Translations under genes and position numbers: made by a program
Notes under the pieces: generated by a model
Database searches by the model: none
What the model saw: only the letters and a program-made list of their open reading frames with translations
Told to the model about the DNA's origin: nothing
Assembly (NCBI GenBank): GCA_963814995.1
Contig: CAWFFF010000012.1
Location: 140-64,139 of the forward strand
DNA from: an uncultured Actinomycetes bacterium
GTDB taxonomy: Bacteria > Actinomycetota > Acidimicrobiia > IMCC26256 > PALSA-610
Direction of reading: 5' to 3'
DNA length: 64,000 nucleotides
Shown: piece by piece, positions 18,921-28,089 of the stretch
Numbering within the stretch: the first letter of the stretch is position 1
How the letters are laid out: the number at the start of each line of letters is the position of its first letter

Positions 18921-19676
18921 TCAGGGGAGAAAGCCGAACTTCGTAAGGATGCTGCGCGCCGAAGCGGACGCCAGGAACCTCGCGAAGTCGCTGACTCCGG
19001 CGGAGTTACCGACGGTGACGGACGAGAAGGGGAACACCAGATTCTGGTCGTCGGGAATGGAAACGAACGTGACGCCTTTGGGAACGGTCAACCCGACGCG
19101 AAACACGAGCGCGGCATCGAGCGTGCCTGCGGCGATCGCTCGCAGCGACGCCGCCTCACAGCCGGACTTCACCGTGCCCTTGGCCGGGGTGACGCCCGCT
19201 TTCGCGAGAACAGCCACTGTCACTACGCCGAAGCTGGCCTTGGCGCCGCAGACCGCGGTCCGAAGACCACTCGTAGCAGCAAACGCCTTCACGTCGGTCA
19301 CGTGATGCGGGTTCGCCACCGGTACTGCTATGACCGCGAGGTTGCGGCCGAATGACGCAACCGGCAGATCCTTCTTGGCGTCCTTGAAGATCGCGGCGTT
19401 ACCGATTGCGATCGCGGGATTTCCGGTGGCGACCGTCTTGGCCACCGCGTTGTCGGCATCCGCCGTCACGACCACGTCGCTCCCCGGATGCTGCGTCTTG
19501 TAGGTCTGGACGAGTTCGTCGACGACCGACTTCAGATCCGGGGTCGTCACAACGGAAATTGCACCACTCGGCAAGGTCGAGCCCGAAGCGGGGCTCGCCG
19601 GCTTCTTGTCGCTGCCACACGAGCTCAGCGCGAGCGCGCTCAGCACGATAGGGACTACGACCGTCCAACGCTTCAT
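18921..19676 (-). CDS. Lipoprotein, ModA-like (oxyanion/molybdate-type) periplasmic substrate-binding protein
   Basis: Signal peptide with lipobox LALSSC. The type-2 PBP pattern resembles ModA-like binders. GGGAGGG SD upstream. No cognate permease or ATPase nearby. Confidence 0.6.
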   Translation of the reverse strand: MKRWTVVVPIVLSALALSSCGSDKKPASPASGSTLPSGAISVVTTPDLKSVVDELVQTYKTQHPGSDVVVTADADNAVAKTVATGNPAIAIGNAAIFKDAKKDLPVASFGRNLAVIAVPVANPHHVTDVKAFAATSGLRTAVCGAKASFGVVTVAVLAKAGVTPAKGTVKSGCEAASLRAIAAGTLDAALVFRVGLTVPKGVTFVSIPDDQNLVFPFSSVTVGNSAGVSDFARFLASASARSILTKFGFLP

Positions 19677-19805
19677 CGGTCCCTCCCCTGCGGACGCGCC
19701 GTATCGTAGCTGTCATGAGTTGGTTACTCCCAGTGACCGACCGTCTCTCGACCTGCACGGGGAGCGCTCAAACCGGACGAGCTGCCCGAACCAGACAAAC
19801 CTCAT

Positions 19806-21911
19806 TCAGCCGGCCCGGACGACGATCGGATCGAGCGTCGAGACGCCGGGTTGCGACTCGAGCTCGTATGCGGCGACATGGTTGTCGCCGGAACGCAGGA
19901 GCGTCTCCGGCAGCATCATCGCGAAGCGGTGGGGCGTGCCACCGTCGGCAAAGGTCGGCGAGACGCCTGCGATCGTCCCGTTGAGCGCGATGACAACCGT
20001 CGCGGCTCGACGCGCGGTTCCCCACACCAGTGCGGGAATCGTGCCGCGCTTCGTATCGACCGACTTCAGCGCGTCGTACTGCACGAGCGCCGCCTGGTTG
20101 TCGGCGGGCGCGCCGACCGTCACGTCGGTGACCTTCTTGCCGATCAGCTGCGCGTCGGGACCGACGCGGTACGCGCGCAGCGCATCGCCGGCGGGCGCGC
20201 GCGCGAACGCGCCGACGTTGACGGCGAGCATCGCCTTCTCTCCCGCGGCGCCGTCGTAACGGATGGGTTTGCCGATGCCGACCCCGAACGCGTTGACCGT
20301 CGACTTCACGAACACCTTGGTGGGGTCGGTGCGCGTGCCCGCGGGAACGCCGTCGACCTTCCAGGGGATCGTGAAGCCGGTGAGCTTCGCGATCGTGGGC
20401 AGGATGTCGATCGTCATCACGTTTTCGTCGCTGACCGTGCCGCGCGTCTGACCGCTCGCCTTCACGAACAGGGGGGCCCACAGGAGTTGCGGGTACGTCG
20501 CCGGCGGAACCGCGGCCGCGCCGAGCCCGCGCGAGTCCTCGCCCGGCGTGAACGTGATGCCGTGGTCGGCGGTGAGCACGACGACGGATTCGTCGAGCAT
20601 CTTCTGACTACGCAGCCGGGCGGTGAGCTCGCCGACGAGGCGGTCGACGTACATCGCCTGCAACTCGAGCCGCTCCCGGGCGAGCGTCACCGGCCACGCC
20701 TCGGTCGACCAGCGGTCGTTCGTCTTGGCGAAGTCGTCGGCCGGGTACGCGTACTCCTGCCCGTTCGGGAGATAGCGGTACACGACGTGCGGGAGGAGGA
20801 TGTGGAGGAAGTGCAGCGTCGGCTTCTCGCCCGCGCGGATCCCCTGCAGGAACTGGGCGAACCGCTGCGGACGGTTCGCGGTGGCGGCGCCGAGATCGAT
20901 GTCGGCGTGGTCGCCGGGCCCGGTCGCGTGGATCGCGGCGCTGACCGCGTTCGAGTCCTCGGCCTCCTGGAATCCTGCGGTGAGGTTCCCGCTCGCCTTC
21001 GCGGGCGACACCATCTTCTTGTACGTGTGCGCGACGTCGTGGAGCAGCCCGTTCACGCCGTCGGACCCGGTAGTCGGAGGCGCGGCCGCGCACAACGACT
21101 TCGGGCACAGGCGCGTCACCGACTCCGATACGTCGAGGCGATAGCTCCCGCCGAGGAACGTGAACAGGTTCTCCGGATGCGACGACGCCTCCGGGATCGA
21201 GCCGTCCTCGGGATACATCCCGGTGAGGATCGAGGGGACCGCGTGCCACGTGGCGTTGGTCACGCTCGTCTCGTTGCGGTACCACGTCGAGGTGTCGGCG
21301 AACGCGGCGATGTTCGGGAACAGGTCGCGGTCGATCCCACCGTCGGTACCGACGAACGACGCGGTGGGCCACTCGTCGAAGGTGATCATGACGACTGACG
21401 GCGCGCTCGCCACCGAGCCGAGGGTCACGGCGCGCACCGACTTGGGGAAGACGAGCTGGGTCACCGACGAGCTGAACACGAACAGCGCGACGAACAGGAT
21501 CGGCGCGGGCGAGACGAAGAGGAGCCACTGACGCGCCGCGGTCGTCTTGGCGTAGAGCGCCACGAACCCCGCGACGACTCCTGCGGCGAGCACGACGACG
21601 AGCGCCGCCGGCGTGACGAGGTGCTTCACGAGCTGCACCGCGAACAGACCCGCGAGCACGACGAGGAACGCCGCGTGCACGATCCGGCGGGCGGTGCGGT
21701 TGACGAGACCGACCACGACCTCGACGACCCAGAGTGCGACCGGCGGGGCGAACGCCAGCGCCAGCGCGAAGAGCACGATGTCGCGGTTCTGCACGTCGCG
21801 GTAGATGAACGTGTCGGCGCTCTTGCCGTAGACCGACAGGACCGGCTGCGCGATCGCGAAGCCGCACGCCGCGAACAGCTCGAGCGCGGCCCGAGCCTCG
21901 CGCCGCATCAT
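19806..21911 (-). CDS. Sulfatase/alkaline-phosphatase-superfamily membrane enzyme (LtaS / phosphotransferase-like architecture)
   Basis: N-terminal polytopic membrane region, then VVMITFDEWPTASF...SILTGMYP sulfatase-type domain and a large C-terminal extracytoplasmic region. The start is set at ATGATG 21911 with GGAGG 8 nt upstream; the ORF stays open to 22136. Confidence 0.7.
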   Translation of the reverse strand: MMRREARAALELFAACGFAIAQPVLSVYGKSADTFIYRDVQNRDIVLFALALAFAPPVALWVVEVVVGLVNRTARRIVHAAFLVVLAGLFAVQLVKHLVTPAALVVVLAAGVVAGFVALYAKTTAARQWLLFVSPAPILFVALFVFSSSVTQLVFPKSVRAVTLGSVASAPSVVMITFDEWPTASFVGTDGGIDRDLFPNIAAFADTSTWYRNETSVTNATWHAVPSILTGMYPEDGSIPEASSHPENLFTFLGGSYRLDVSESVTRLCPKSLCAAAPPTTGSDGVNGLLHDVAHTYKKMVSPAKASGNLTAGFQEAEDSNAVSAAIHATGPGDHADIDLGAATANRPQRFAQFLQGIRAGEKPTLHFLHILLPHVVYRYLPNGQEYAYPADDFAKTNDRWSTEAWPVTLARERLELQAMYVDRLVGELTARLRSQKMLDESVVVLTADHGITFTPGEDSRGLGAAAVPPATYPQLLWAPLFVKASGQTRGTVSDENVMTIDILPTIAKLTGFTIPWKVDGVPAGTRTDPTKVFVKSTVNAFGVGIGKPIRYDGAAGEKAMLAVNVGAFARAPAGDALRAYRVGPDAQLIGKKVTDVTVGAPADNQAALVQYDALKSVDTKRGTIPALVWGTARRAATVVIALNGTIAGVSPTFADGGTPHRFAMMLPETLLRSGDNHVAAYELESQPGVSTLDPIVVRAG

Positions 21912-22059
21912 CGAGCCGGCCTCCACGCCGCCACCGTATTCGACCGCGCGCGCGGCAGTGGTTTCGGGAGTTTCGCGGACCTCGCCGATGCGTTCGCCGG
22001 CGCGGTCGGGTCTCACTCTCTCGTAGGCAATCGAACCGGATGCAACACGGGAGACCGCC

Positions 22060-22758
22060 ATGAACACGACAACGATCGGCGCTCGTCGCCTCCTCGGATT
22101 CGGGGCGGCGGCTGCCACCGGTGCCGCGCTCGTCAACGCCGCCGTCTACGGAGTGGGCCGCGCCGCCGGACTCGACTTCGTCGCCTCGACGACGAGCTCC
22201 GGGCCTCAGCACATCCTCTTGGTGCACGTCGTCGGCTTCACGCTGCAGACCTTCGCCGCCGGACTCGTGGTGGCGCTCGTCGCGAACAAGGTGCGCCGGC
22301 CGGGCCTGCGGACCGTGCAGATCACCGGCGCGATCGTCGCCGTCGCGAGCGTCGTGATGGACGTGTCGATCGACTCCACCTTGGCGGCCAAGGCGACGCT
22401 CGCACTCATGCACCTCGTCACCGGCGCCGCGTACGTGGTCGCGCTCGACCGGGCGCGCTCGTCGCGCGCGAGCCGCAGCACCGGAGTCGGCGCCTGCGCG
22501 TTCGGCGGAGGGTTCGACCCCGGTGACCAGCGCGGGCCCAGTCGCGGCCTGAGGCACCGGTCGCGCCCGAACCGGTGCGCGGCCCCGCAACCCAACTCGT
22601 CCTATAACGGGACTATCGTGATACTTGTCTATATAGTGGCGCATGGCCGACGACGGGCACCGGCACGACGAGATCGCCTTCCCGGCATTGCTCCGGGCGG
22701 CCCGCACCACCTACGGCGCCGCCATCCGCGCCGCGCTGGGCGAGATCGGGTGCGGTGA
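22060..22758 (+). CDS. Small polytopic membrane protein (DUF6069-like); 3' end doubtful
   Basis: The first ~135 aa form about four hydrophobic helices. The Arg-rich tail overlapping marR looks like read-through after a lost stop (indel), so the true end is probably near 22470-22560. Confidence 0.45.
   Translation: MNTTTIGARRLLGFGAAAATGAALVNAAVYGVGRAAGLDFVASTTSSGPQHILLVHVVGFTLQTFAAGLVVALVANKVRRPGLRTVQITGAIVAVASVVMDVSIDSTLAAKATLALMHLVTGAAYVVALDRARSSRASRSTGVGACAFGGGFDPGDQRGPSRGLRHRSRPNRCAAPQPNSSYNGTIVILVYIVAHGRRRAPARRDRLPGIAPGGPHHLRRRHPRRAGRDRVR
22612..22637 (+). promoter_or_regulatory. AT-rich palindromic island with TATAGT -10-like hexamer 5 nt before the marR ATG (putative leaderless promoter/operator)
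   Basis: ACTATCGTGATACTTGTCTATATAGT has ACTAT/ATAGT ends and a TATC-GT-GATA core. It is strikingly AT-rich in a GC-rich context, and marR has no SD. Confidence 0.3.
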
Positions 22759-23101
22759 CGTGCCGAGGAACGGAGCGTTCGTCCTCGGCTCGATCGCCCG
22801 CAACGGCGCGCCGATGGGCGACGTGATCCGGGGGCTCGGAGTCTCCAAGCAGGCCGGCGGCCAGGTGGTGGACACCCTCGTCGTCCGCGGCTACCTCGAA
22901 CGTGCCCCCGACCCGGTCGACCGCCGACGCATGACCCTCGCGCTGACCGAGCGCGGACGCGTCGCGGCCGCCGCGAGCCGAGCGGCAGTCGAGCACGTCG
23001 ACGCCGCGCTCGTCGCGCGCGTCGGCGCCGAGCGGGTGGCGGCGGCGCGTGCCGCGCTCGGTGCGTTGGCCGACCTCGCGCACGACCATGACGAGCAGTG
23101 A
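22643..23101 (+). CDS. MarR family transcriptional regulator
   Basis: 152 aa with a winged-helix pattern (GVSKQAGGQVVDTLVVRGYLERAPDPVDRRRMTLALTERG). Confidence 0.85.
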   Translation: MADDGHRHDEIAFPALLRAARTTYGAAIRAALGEIGCGDVPRNGAFVLGSIARNGAPMGDVIRGLGVSKQAGGQVVDTLVVRGYLERAPDPVDRRRMTLALTERGRVAAAASRAAVEHVDAALVARVGAERVAAARAALGALADLAHDHDEQ

Positions 23102-23958
23102 CCCCGGCCGGAGCGACATCGGCGCGGCCCCGTCGCGCACGAGTCGTTCCGTCGCCGTCACGCGCGGCGACCTTCGCGCGACCGCACAGTCGAGCCGGCG
23201 ACCCGCTCGCGGAGGCGCGGCTCTGCGACGGAATGCCGTCGCACATCTTGTCGGACCGCGTGCCATCCCTACGGAGCCGCACGCGATTCTTCGACGAGGC
23301 CGTGCTGCACGCGATCGCGCAGGGCGTCCCGCAGATCGTGATCGTCGGCGCGGGCTACGACGACCGCGCGTTGCGCTTCCGTTCCCCCGGGGTGCGCTTC
23401 GTCGAGATCGACCATCCCGCGACACAGCACGACAAGGCGCACCGGCTCGCCGCGCTCGACGCCGACGATCTCGTCACGCTGGTCCCCGGCGACTTCGTGC
23501 ACGACGACGTCGCACAGGTACTCGACGGCGCGCGTCACGATCTCAGCCTCCCCTCGCTGTTCATCTGCGAGGGGCTCCTCGCGTACCTCGACCAACCGAC
23601 GATCGTCCGTCTGCTGGGAGGCCTGCGCACCCGTGCGCACCCGTCGAGCACACTCGTGGCGAGCCTTGCGGTCCACGCCGCGGGGATCGACACCGCCCGG
23701 TTCCTCGCGGTCGCGGAACTCGCGCCGGCTCGCGGGCGCCGCCGAGCCCTGGCTCACGATCCTCCCCGCGGCCGAGCACCTGGCGCTGCTCACGCGGCGG
23801 GGTGGTATGTGGAGCGGGTGGTCGACCAGGCCGACACGGACGCCACGATTGTGCGCGACCGTTCGCTGCTCGTACGGGCCGCGCCCGACGAAACGTTCAT
23901 TCCGGAGTCTGCTGAGTACGTCGTCGAGCCCTCGCGCGGACGAAGGAACGGCTGCTGA
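23098..23958 (+). CDS. Class I SAM-dependent methyltransferase (TIGR00027 / leucine-carboxyl-MTase-like)
   Basis: IVIVGAGYDDRALRF and FICEGLLAYL motifs. The GTG overlaps the marR stop (GTGA). A locally better-matching alternative frame (..GAAEPWLTILPAAEHLALL..) around 23730-23800 suggests a pair of compensating indels. Confidence 0.65.
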   Translation: MTPAGATSARPRRARVVPSPSRAATFARPHSRAGDPLAEARLCDGMPSHILSDRVPSLRSRTRFFDEAVLHAIAQGVPQIVIVGAGYDDRALRFRSPGVRFVEIDHPATQHDKAHRLAALDADDLVTLVPGDFVHDDVAQVLDGARHDLSLPSLFICEGLLAYLDQPTIVRLLGGLRTRAHPSSTLVASLAVHAAGIDTARFLAVAELAPARGRRRALAHDPPRGRAPGAAHAAGWYVERVVDQADTDATIVRDRSLLVRAAPDETFIPESAEYVVEPSRGRRNGC

Positions 23959-24042
23959 TACTCGTGACCGACGCGGTGATGGCGGGGGTGGTCGTCCCCG
24001 CCGACGAGTCGCGGCCCGGCGCCGCACCGAGCGGCCCGGGCG

Positions 24043-24891
24043 TCAGGGCTGGACGAATCGCTGCACGAACGCGAGCGCGGTGTCGGCGACCTCGCCCCAG
24101 CCGTGGTCGATCACGAGTGAGTGACCTCGGCCTTCCATCTTGACGATCTCCGTCACGCTCTTGTTGCGCTTCTGCTTCTTGTACGACGCGTTCGCGATCG
24201 CCCACGGCACGGTGTGATCCTTCTCACCGTCGATGATGAGCAACGGCCCGCGCTTGGGGTTCTTCGACTTCACCTTCACTTCGGTCCACGGGTTGAAGTT
24301 CGCGGTCGCGGCCTGGAACAACGGCGCGCCCGATCCGGGCACGGCGTACGTGTTGAACAGCTCGTGCGCTTCTTCCTCGGAGACCGCGTTGGCGAACGCG
24401 TAGCGGAACTGCTCGTAGGTGAGCGGCACCGCGCGGTGATGGTTCAGCGGGTTCCCGAGCACGGGCGACGCCGACTTGAGCGCGGAGATCGGGAGCGGCA
24501 GCACACCGCGGAACGGTGCGGGATCGATCGCGACCGTTGCCTCGGACACGCCGCGACCGGCGAGGATCTGGGCGAGCAGACCGCCGAACGAGTGCCCGAT
24601 CACGGCGGGCCGTTTCGACAACATGCCGACGACCTCTTCGAAGTGATCCGCGATCTGGCCGACCGTCTTGTCCGCGAGCACTTCGGGATGCGCGTTCGCG
24701 TCCGCCACGGTGTTCGGATCGTCGGGCCAGCCCGGGGAAATCGTCGAGAACCCGGCCGCTTCGAACCGCGTGCGCCACCGGTCCCAACTCATCGGCAGGA
24801 GCCAGAGCCCGTGGACGAACACGACCGGCGTACGGCCCGAAGCGTTCGCCTGCTTGACCTGCTCGGCCTCGAACTCGGTGATGACTGCCAC
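24043..24891 (-). CDS. Alpha/beta hydrolase
   Basis: VVFVHGLW, nucleophile elbow GHSFGG and C-terminal GRGHSL. The start is set at GTG 24891 with GGGAGG 5 nt upstream. The longer ORF to 25140 is Arg-rich and implausible. Confidence 0.8.
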   Translation of the reverse strand: MAVITEFEAEQVKQANASGRTPVVFVHGLWLLPMSWDRWRTRFEAAGFSTISPGWPDDPNTVADANAHPEVLADKTVGQIADHFEEVVGMLSKRPAVIGHSFGGLLAQILAGRGVSEATVAIDPAPFRGVLPLPISALKSASPVLGNPLNHHRAVPLTYEQFRYAFANAVSEEEAHELFNTYAVPGSGAPLFQAATANFNPWTEVKVKSKNPKRGPLLIIDGEKDHTVPWAIANASYKKQKRNKSVTEIVKMEGRGHSLVIDHGWGEVADTALAFVQRFVQP

Positions 24892-25277
24892 GGTGACCTC
24901 CCTGCCCGGGGCGCGGACGTTACCGCGCGACTTCGGACGGCAGGGCGCCGACGTCAGGGGCCCGTCAGCTATCGACTGGCCCGTCGTGAGACCCGGCGCG
25001 ACGCGACTGCATCTCGACGACAGCCCCGTGCGGCGGGTCGAGCGAGATCGTCCGCTCCGCCCGGCGGGTCTCCGTGCGACGCGCGATCGAGCGGCGCATC
25101 CACCGGCGGTACGAGAGGTCGACCACCACGAGCAGTGCAACGAACAGCAGCGCCGACGTCACGGGCAAAGTCTGACGCGGGGTCCGCCGCGGGACGCGGA
25201 TATACCCCATCTCAATGCGATCCGCCCGCCCGCTACTGCGGGCTACCCGCAGGTCCGGGCGGGCACAAGCGCGGACC

Positions 25278-26180
25278 TCAGGTGCGGTTCGGCCACAGGT
25301 CGACCGGCCCGCCGACATAGCCCCCCGCCGCCCGCACCGCCTCGCCCCACGGCGCCAGCAATGTGACGACCTCGTCCACCTCGTCGCCGAGCGCGTCGAT
25401 CGCGGGCGTCATCGCCCGGTCGGTCGCCCGCTCCATTGCTTCGCGCGCGTCGAGGCCCGCGGGGGTCAGCGTCTCCGCGGCGTCGAGCCAGCCGCGGCCG
25501 CGCAGCCGGACCGCGGCGCCGTCGAGCTCCGCGTCGTCCCACCCCCGCGTGCGGATGTAGGTGCGCAGCGGCAGGCCCATGTAGGCCTCGGTGAGCAACC
25601 CGATCTCGACCGCGTCGACGCCCGCCGACGACCACGTGCATACGTGGGCGTCGCCGCGGTACTCCCGCAACATGTCGCCGAGGTGGAACAGACGCGTCCA
25701 GGCGTCGGCCGGATCGTCCCACTGCGCGCGCAACCCCGCGAACAGCGGCCGTCCCGGCACGGCCAGCGGGTCCACGGCGCGCTCGAGGAGCGCGGCTGCG
25801 CGCGTGACGTCGGCGTCGCCCGCGCCGCAGATCCGGACGAGCTGCGCGACCGCGCCGGCGCGACGCGCCGCGAAGATCGTGCGCGCGTCGGTGATGCTCC
25901 AGCCGAAGCGGACTCCTGCGGCGACGGCACCGGGCTTGAAGACGCCGAAGGCCGACGCGACCACCTCGGGCTCCACCTGACCGAGCAGCGAACCGCGGCT
26001 CGTGAAGTACGCGGCGCCGTCGGGCGCGGCGACGCCGTTGCCGAACGAACCGGGACTCGGCGCGAACCCGAGGTCTTCGTACGCGGCGTGACACTCGCGC
26101 GCGAAGAACACCTGGCCGATGACCGGCTCGAGGGTCGCGGCCAGGGTGCGGGCGCGGCGGCGGAAGGTTGCGTCGTCCAT
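25278..26180 (-). CDS. Conserved actinobacterial hypothetical protein (SCO6745-like; family assignment tentative)
   Basis: A coherent ORF runs from MDDATFRRRARTLAATLEPVIGQVFFARECHAAYEDLGF... to the stop at 25278. The upstream 79 codons of the track ORF are low-complexity. Confidence 0.5.
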   Translation of the reverse strand: MDDATFRRRARTLAATLEPVIGQVFFARECHAAYEDLGFAPSPGSFGNGVAAPDGAAYFTSRGSLLGQVEPEVVASAFGVFKPGAVAAGVRFGWSITDARTIFAARRAGAVAQLVRICGAGDADVTRAAALLERAVDPLAVPGRPLFAGLRAQWDDPADAWTRLFHLGDMLREYRGDAHVCTWSSAGVDAVEIGLLTEAYMGLPLRTYIRTRGWDDAELDGAAVRLRGRGWLDAAETLTPAGLDAREAMERATDRAMTPAIDALGDEVDEVVTLLAPWGEAVRAAGGYVGGPVDLWPNRT

Positions 26181-26280
26181 CGGCGGAGTCTCGCCGCCGC
26201 TCCCGCGAATGCGCCAGAGCGGCCGGACGCGCGCACCGCTCGATCGCCCGCCGCCGGCGCGGTGCGTACGCTGCGCAGCC

Positions 26281-27706
26281 GTGACCGACGACCTCGCCCT
26301 CCTCGACGCCACCGCCCAAGCCGAGCTCGTCGCGAACGGGTCGGTGTCGCACCTCGAGCTCGTCGAGGCCGCGATCGAGCGCATCGAGCGCATCGACGGC
26401 CGGCTCAACGCGGTCATCCACCGGCGCTACGAGCGGGCCCGGGCCGAGGCACCGACGGCGACCGGACCGTTCGCGGGAGTGCCCTTCCTCGTGAAGGACG
26501 CCGTGTGCCACACCGCGGGCGACCCGTACCACGCGGGCATGCGCGCGCTGAAGGACGCGAGGTGGGTCGAGCCGAACGACACGTGGCTCGCAACGCGGTT
26601 TCGCGCCGCGGGATTCGTGTTCGTCGGCAAGACGAACACACCCGAGCTCGCGACGAGCATCACCACCGAGCCCCTCGCGTACGGACCGACCCGCAACCCG
26701 TGGGACCTCACGCGCAGCACCGGCGGCTCGAGCGGTGGTTCCGCGGCCGCGGTCTCGGCCGGGCTCGTACCGGTCGCGCACGGCAACGACATGGGCGGAT
26801 CGATCCGTTTCCCGGCGAGCGCGTGCGGCATCGTCGGCCTGAAACCGACCCGCGCCCGCACCACGCTCGGGCCCGACTTCGGCGAGTACTGGGGGCCGCT
26901 CACGCACGAGTTCGTGCTCACGCGCTCCGTGCGCGACACCGCGGCGGTGCTCGACGCGGTGGCCGGGGCCGGACCCGGCGACCCCTACACCGCCCCGCCG
27001 CCGGCCCGGCCCTATCTCGAGGAGATCGCCGGCGATCTCGCCGGCCGACTCCGAATCGGCTTCCGTACCGAGACCCCCGACGGCGAGGCCTCGCATCCCG
27101 ACGCGGTGACCGCCGTCGAATCGACCGCGAGGCTCCTGTCGACGATCGGTCACGACGTCGGCGCCACCGCGATCCCCGAGCTCGACAACTCGTACAACCA
27201 GGCGTTCATCACGGTGCTGTCGACGGCGGTCGCGCGCGACGTCGCGCGCTGGAGCGCCGCGCCTCGGTCACGACATCACCGACGCGCTCGAGCCGATGAA
27301 CGCGTTCTTCGCGTCGATGGGCGGCCAGGTCCGCGGCGTCGACTACGCCGGCGCGATCGAAGACCTGCAGTCGTGGACGCGCCGGGTCGCGTCCTGGTGG
27401 AACGACCACGACGTCCTCGTGGTGCCGACGAGTCCGGAGCCGCCGTTCCGGCTCGGCGAGCTCGCGCCGACGAACCGCGACCCGGCCGTCGGCGCGCGCA
27501 TGGGGCGGCTCGTGACGTTCTGCTCGCCCTTCGACGTCACCGGCCAGCCGGCCATCTCACTGCCGTTGCACTGGAACGACGACGGGCTGCCGATCGGGGT
27601 GCAGCTCGTCGCCGCGTACGGGCGCGAGGACGTGCTGCTGCGCGTCGCCGCGCAGCTCGAACAGGCACGGCCTTGGCTTGACCGCCGTCCCCCGGTACAC
27701 GCCTGA
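26281..27706 (+). CDS. Amidase (amidase-signature family), one frame change as assembled
   Basis: GVPFLVKD and the signature [14 protein letters not shown]...[16 protein letters not shown] start at 26281. An extra C near ~27263 shifts to the frame of 27296..27706, whose product continues the amidase fold (..[10 protein letters not shown].. [13 protein letters not shown]). Confidence 0.8.
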
Positions 27707-27728
27707 GGCTCGGTCGGGCGGGTACGGC

Positions 27729-28028
27729 CTACTTGTTGATGATCGCGCCGAGCCCGGCGATCATGACGACGAAGCCGATGACGAGATAGGTCACCGTGCG
27801 CACGAGCGGCGCTTGCGCGAGATCACTGTTGTCGTTGTTCCGGTAGCCGCGGACCGGGCTCCCGGGCCGGCGGCGGGCGACCGTGCGGTGCGCGGCAACC
27901 TGCGCGTCGCGACGACGCCGGAACAGCGCGAACGCGTTGGCGATGAACAGCGCGGCGCCCAACGCGAACACGAGCTCGCGGAGCACCTCGTCGTAGAAGC
28001 TGCCGGACGAGCCGACGATCGGAACCAT
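27729..28028 (-). CDS. Small two-helix membrane protein, hypothetical
   Basis: MVPIVGSSGSFYDEVLRELVFALGAALFIANAFALF ... VTYLVIGFVVMIAGLGAIINK. The upstream 50 codons of the track ORF are unconvincing. Confidence 0.45.
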   Translation of the reverse strand: MVPIVGSSGSFYDEVLRELVFALGAALFIANAFALFRRRRDAQVAAHRTVARRRPGSPVRGYRNNDNSDLAQAPLVRTVTYLVIGFVVMIAGLGAIINK

Positions 28029-28089
28029 CCGGGGCGAGGCTACCGGTCGCCCCGGCGGTCGAACGGAGCGGGCATGGCAGACTCGCCCG

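Noticed and set aside
19851-22710. Long ORFs 19851..21398 (+, 515 aa) and 20608..22710 (-, 700 aa)
   Set aside because: Both overlap the sulfatase-family gene in other frames or on the other strand. They are Arg-rich and show no domain-like motifs, so they are shadow ORFs of high-GC DNA.
25215-27299. ORFs 25215..27299 (+, 694 aa) and 25243..27153 (-, 636 aa)
   Set aside because: They are Arg/Gly/Pro-dominated translations overlapping the SCO6745-like gene and the amidase gene, both of which have clear family signatures in their own frames.
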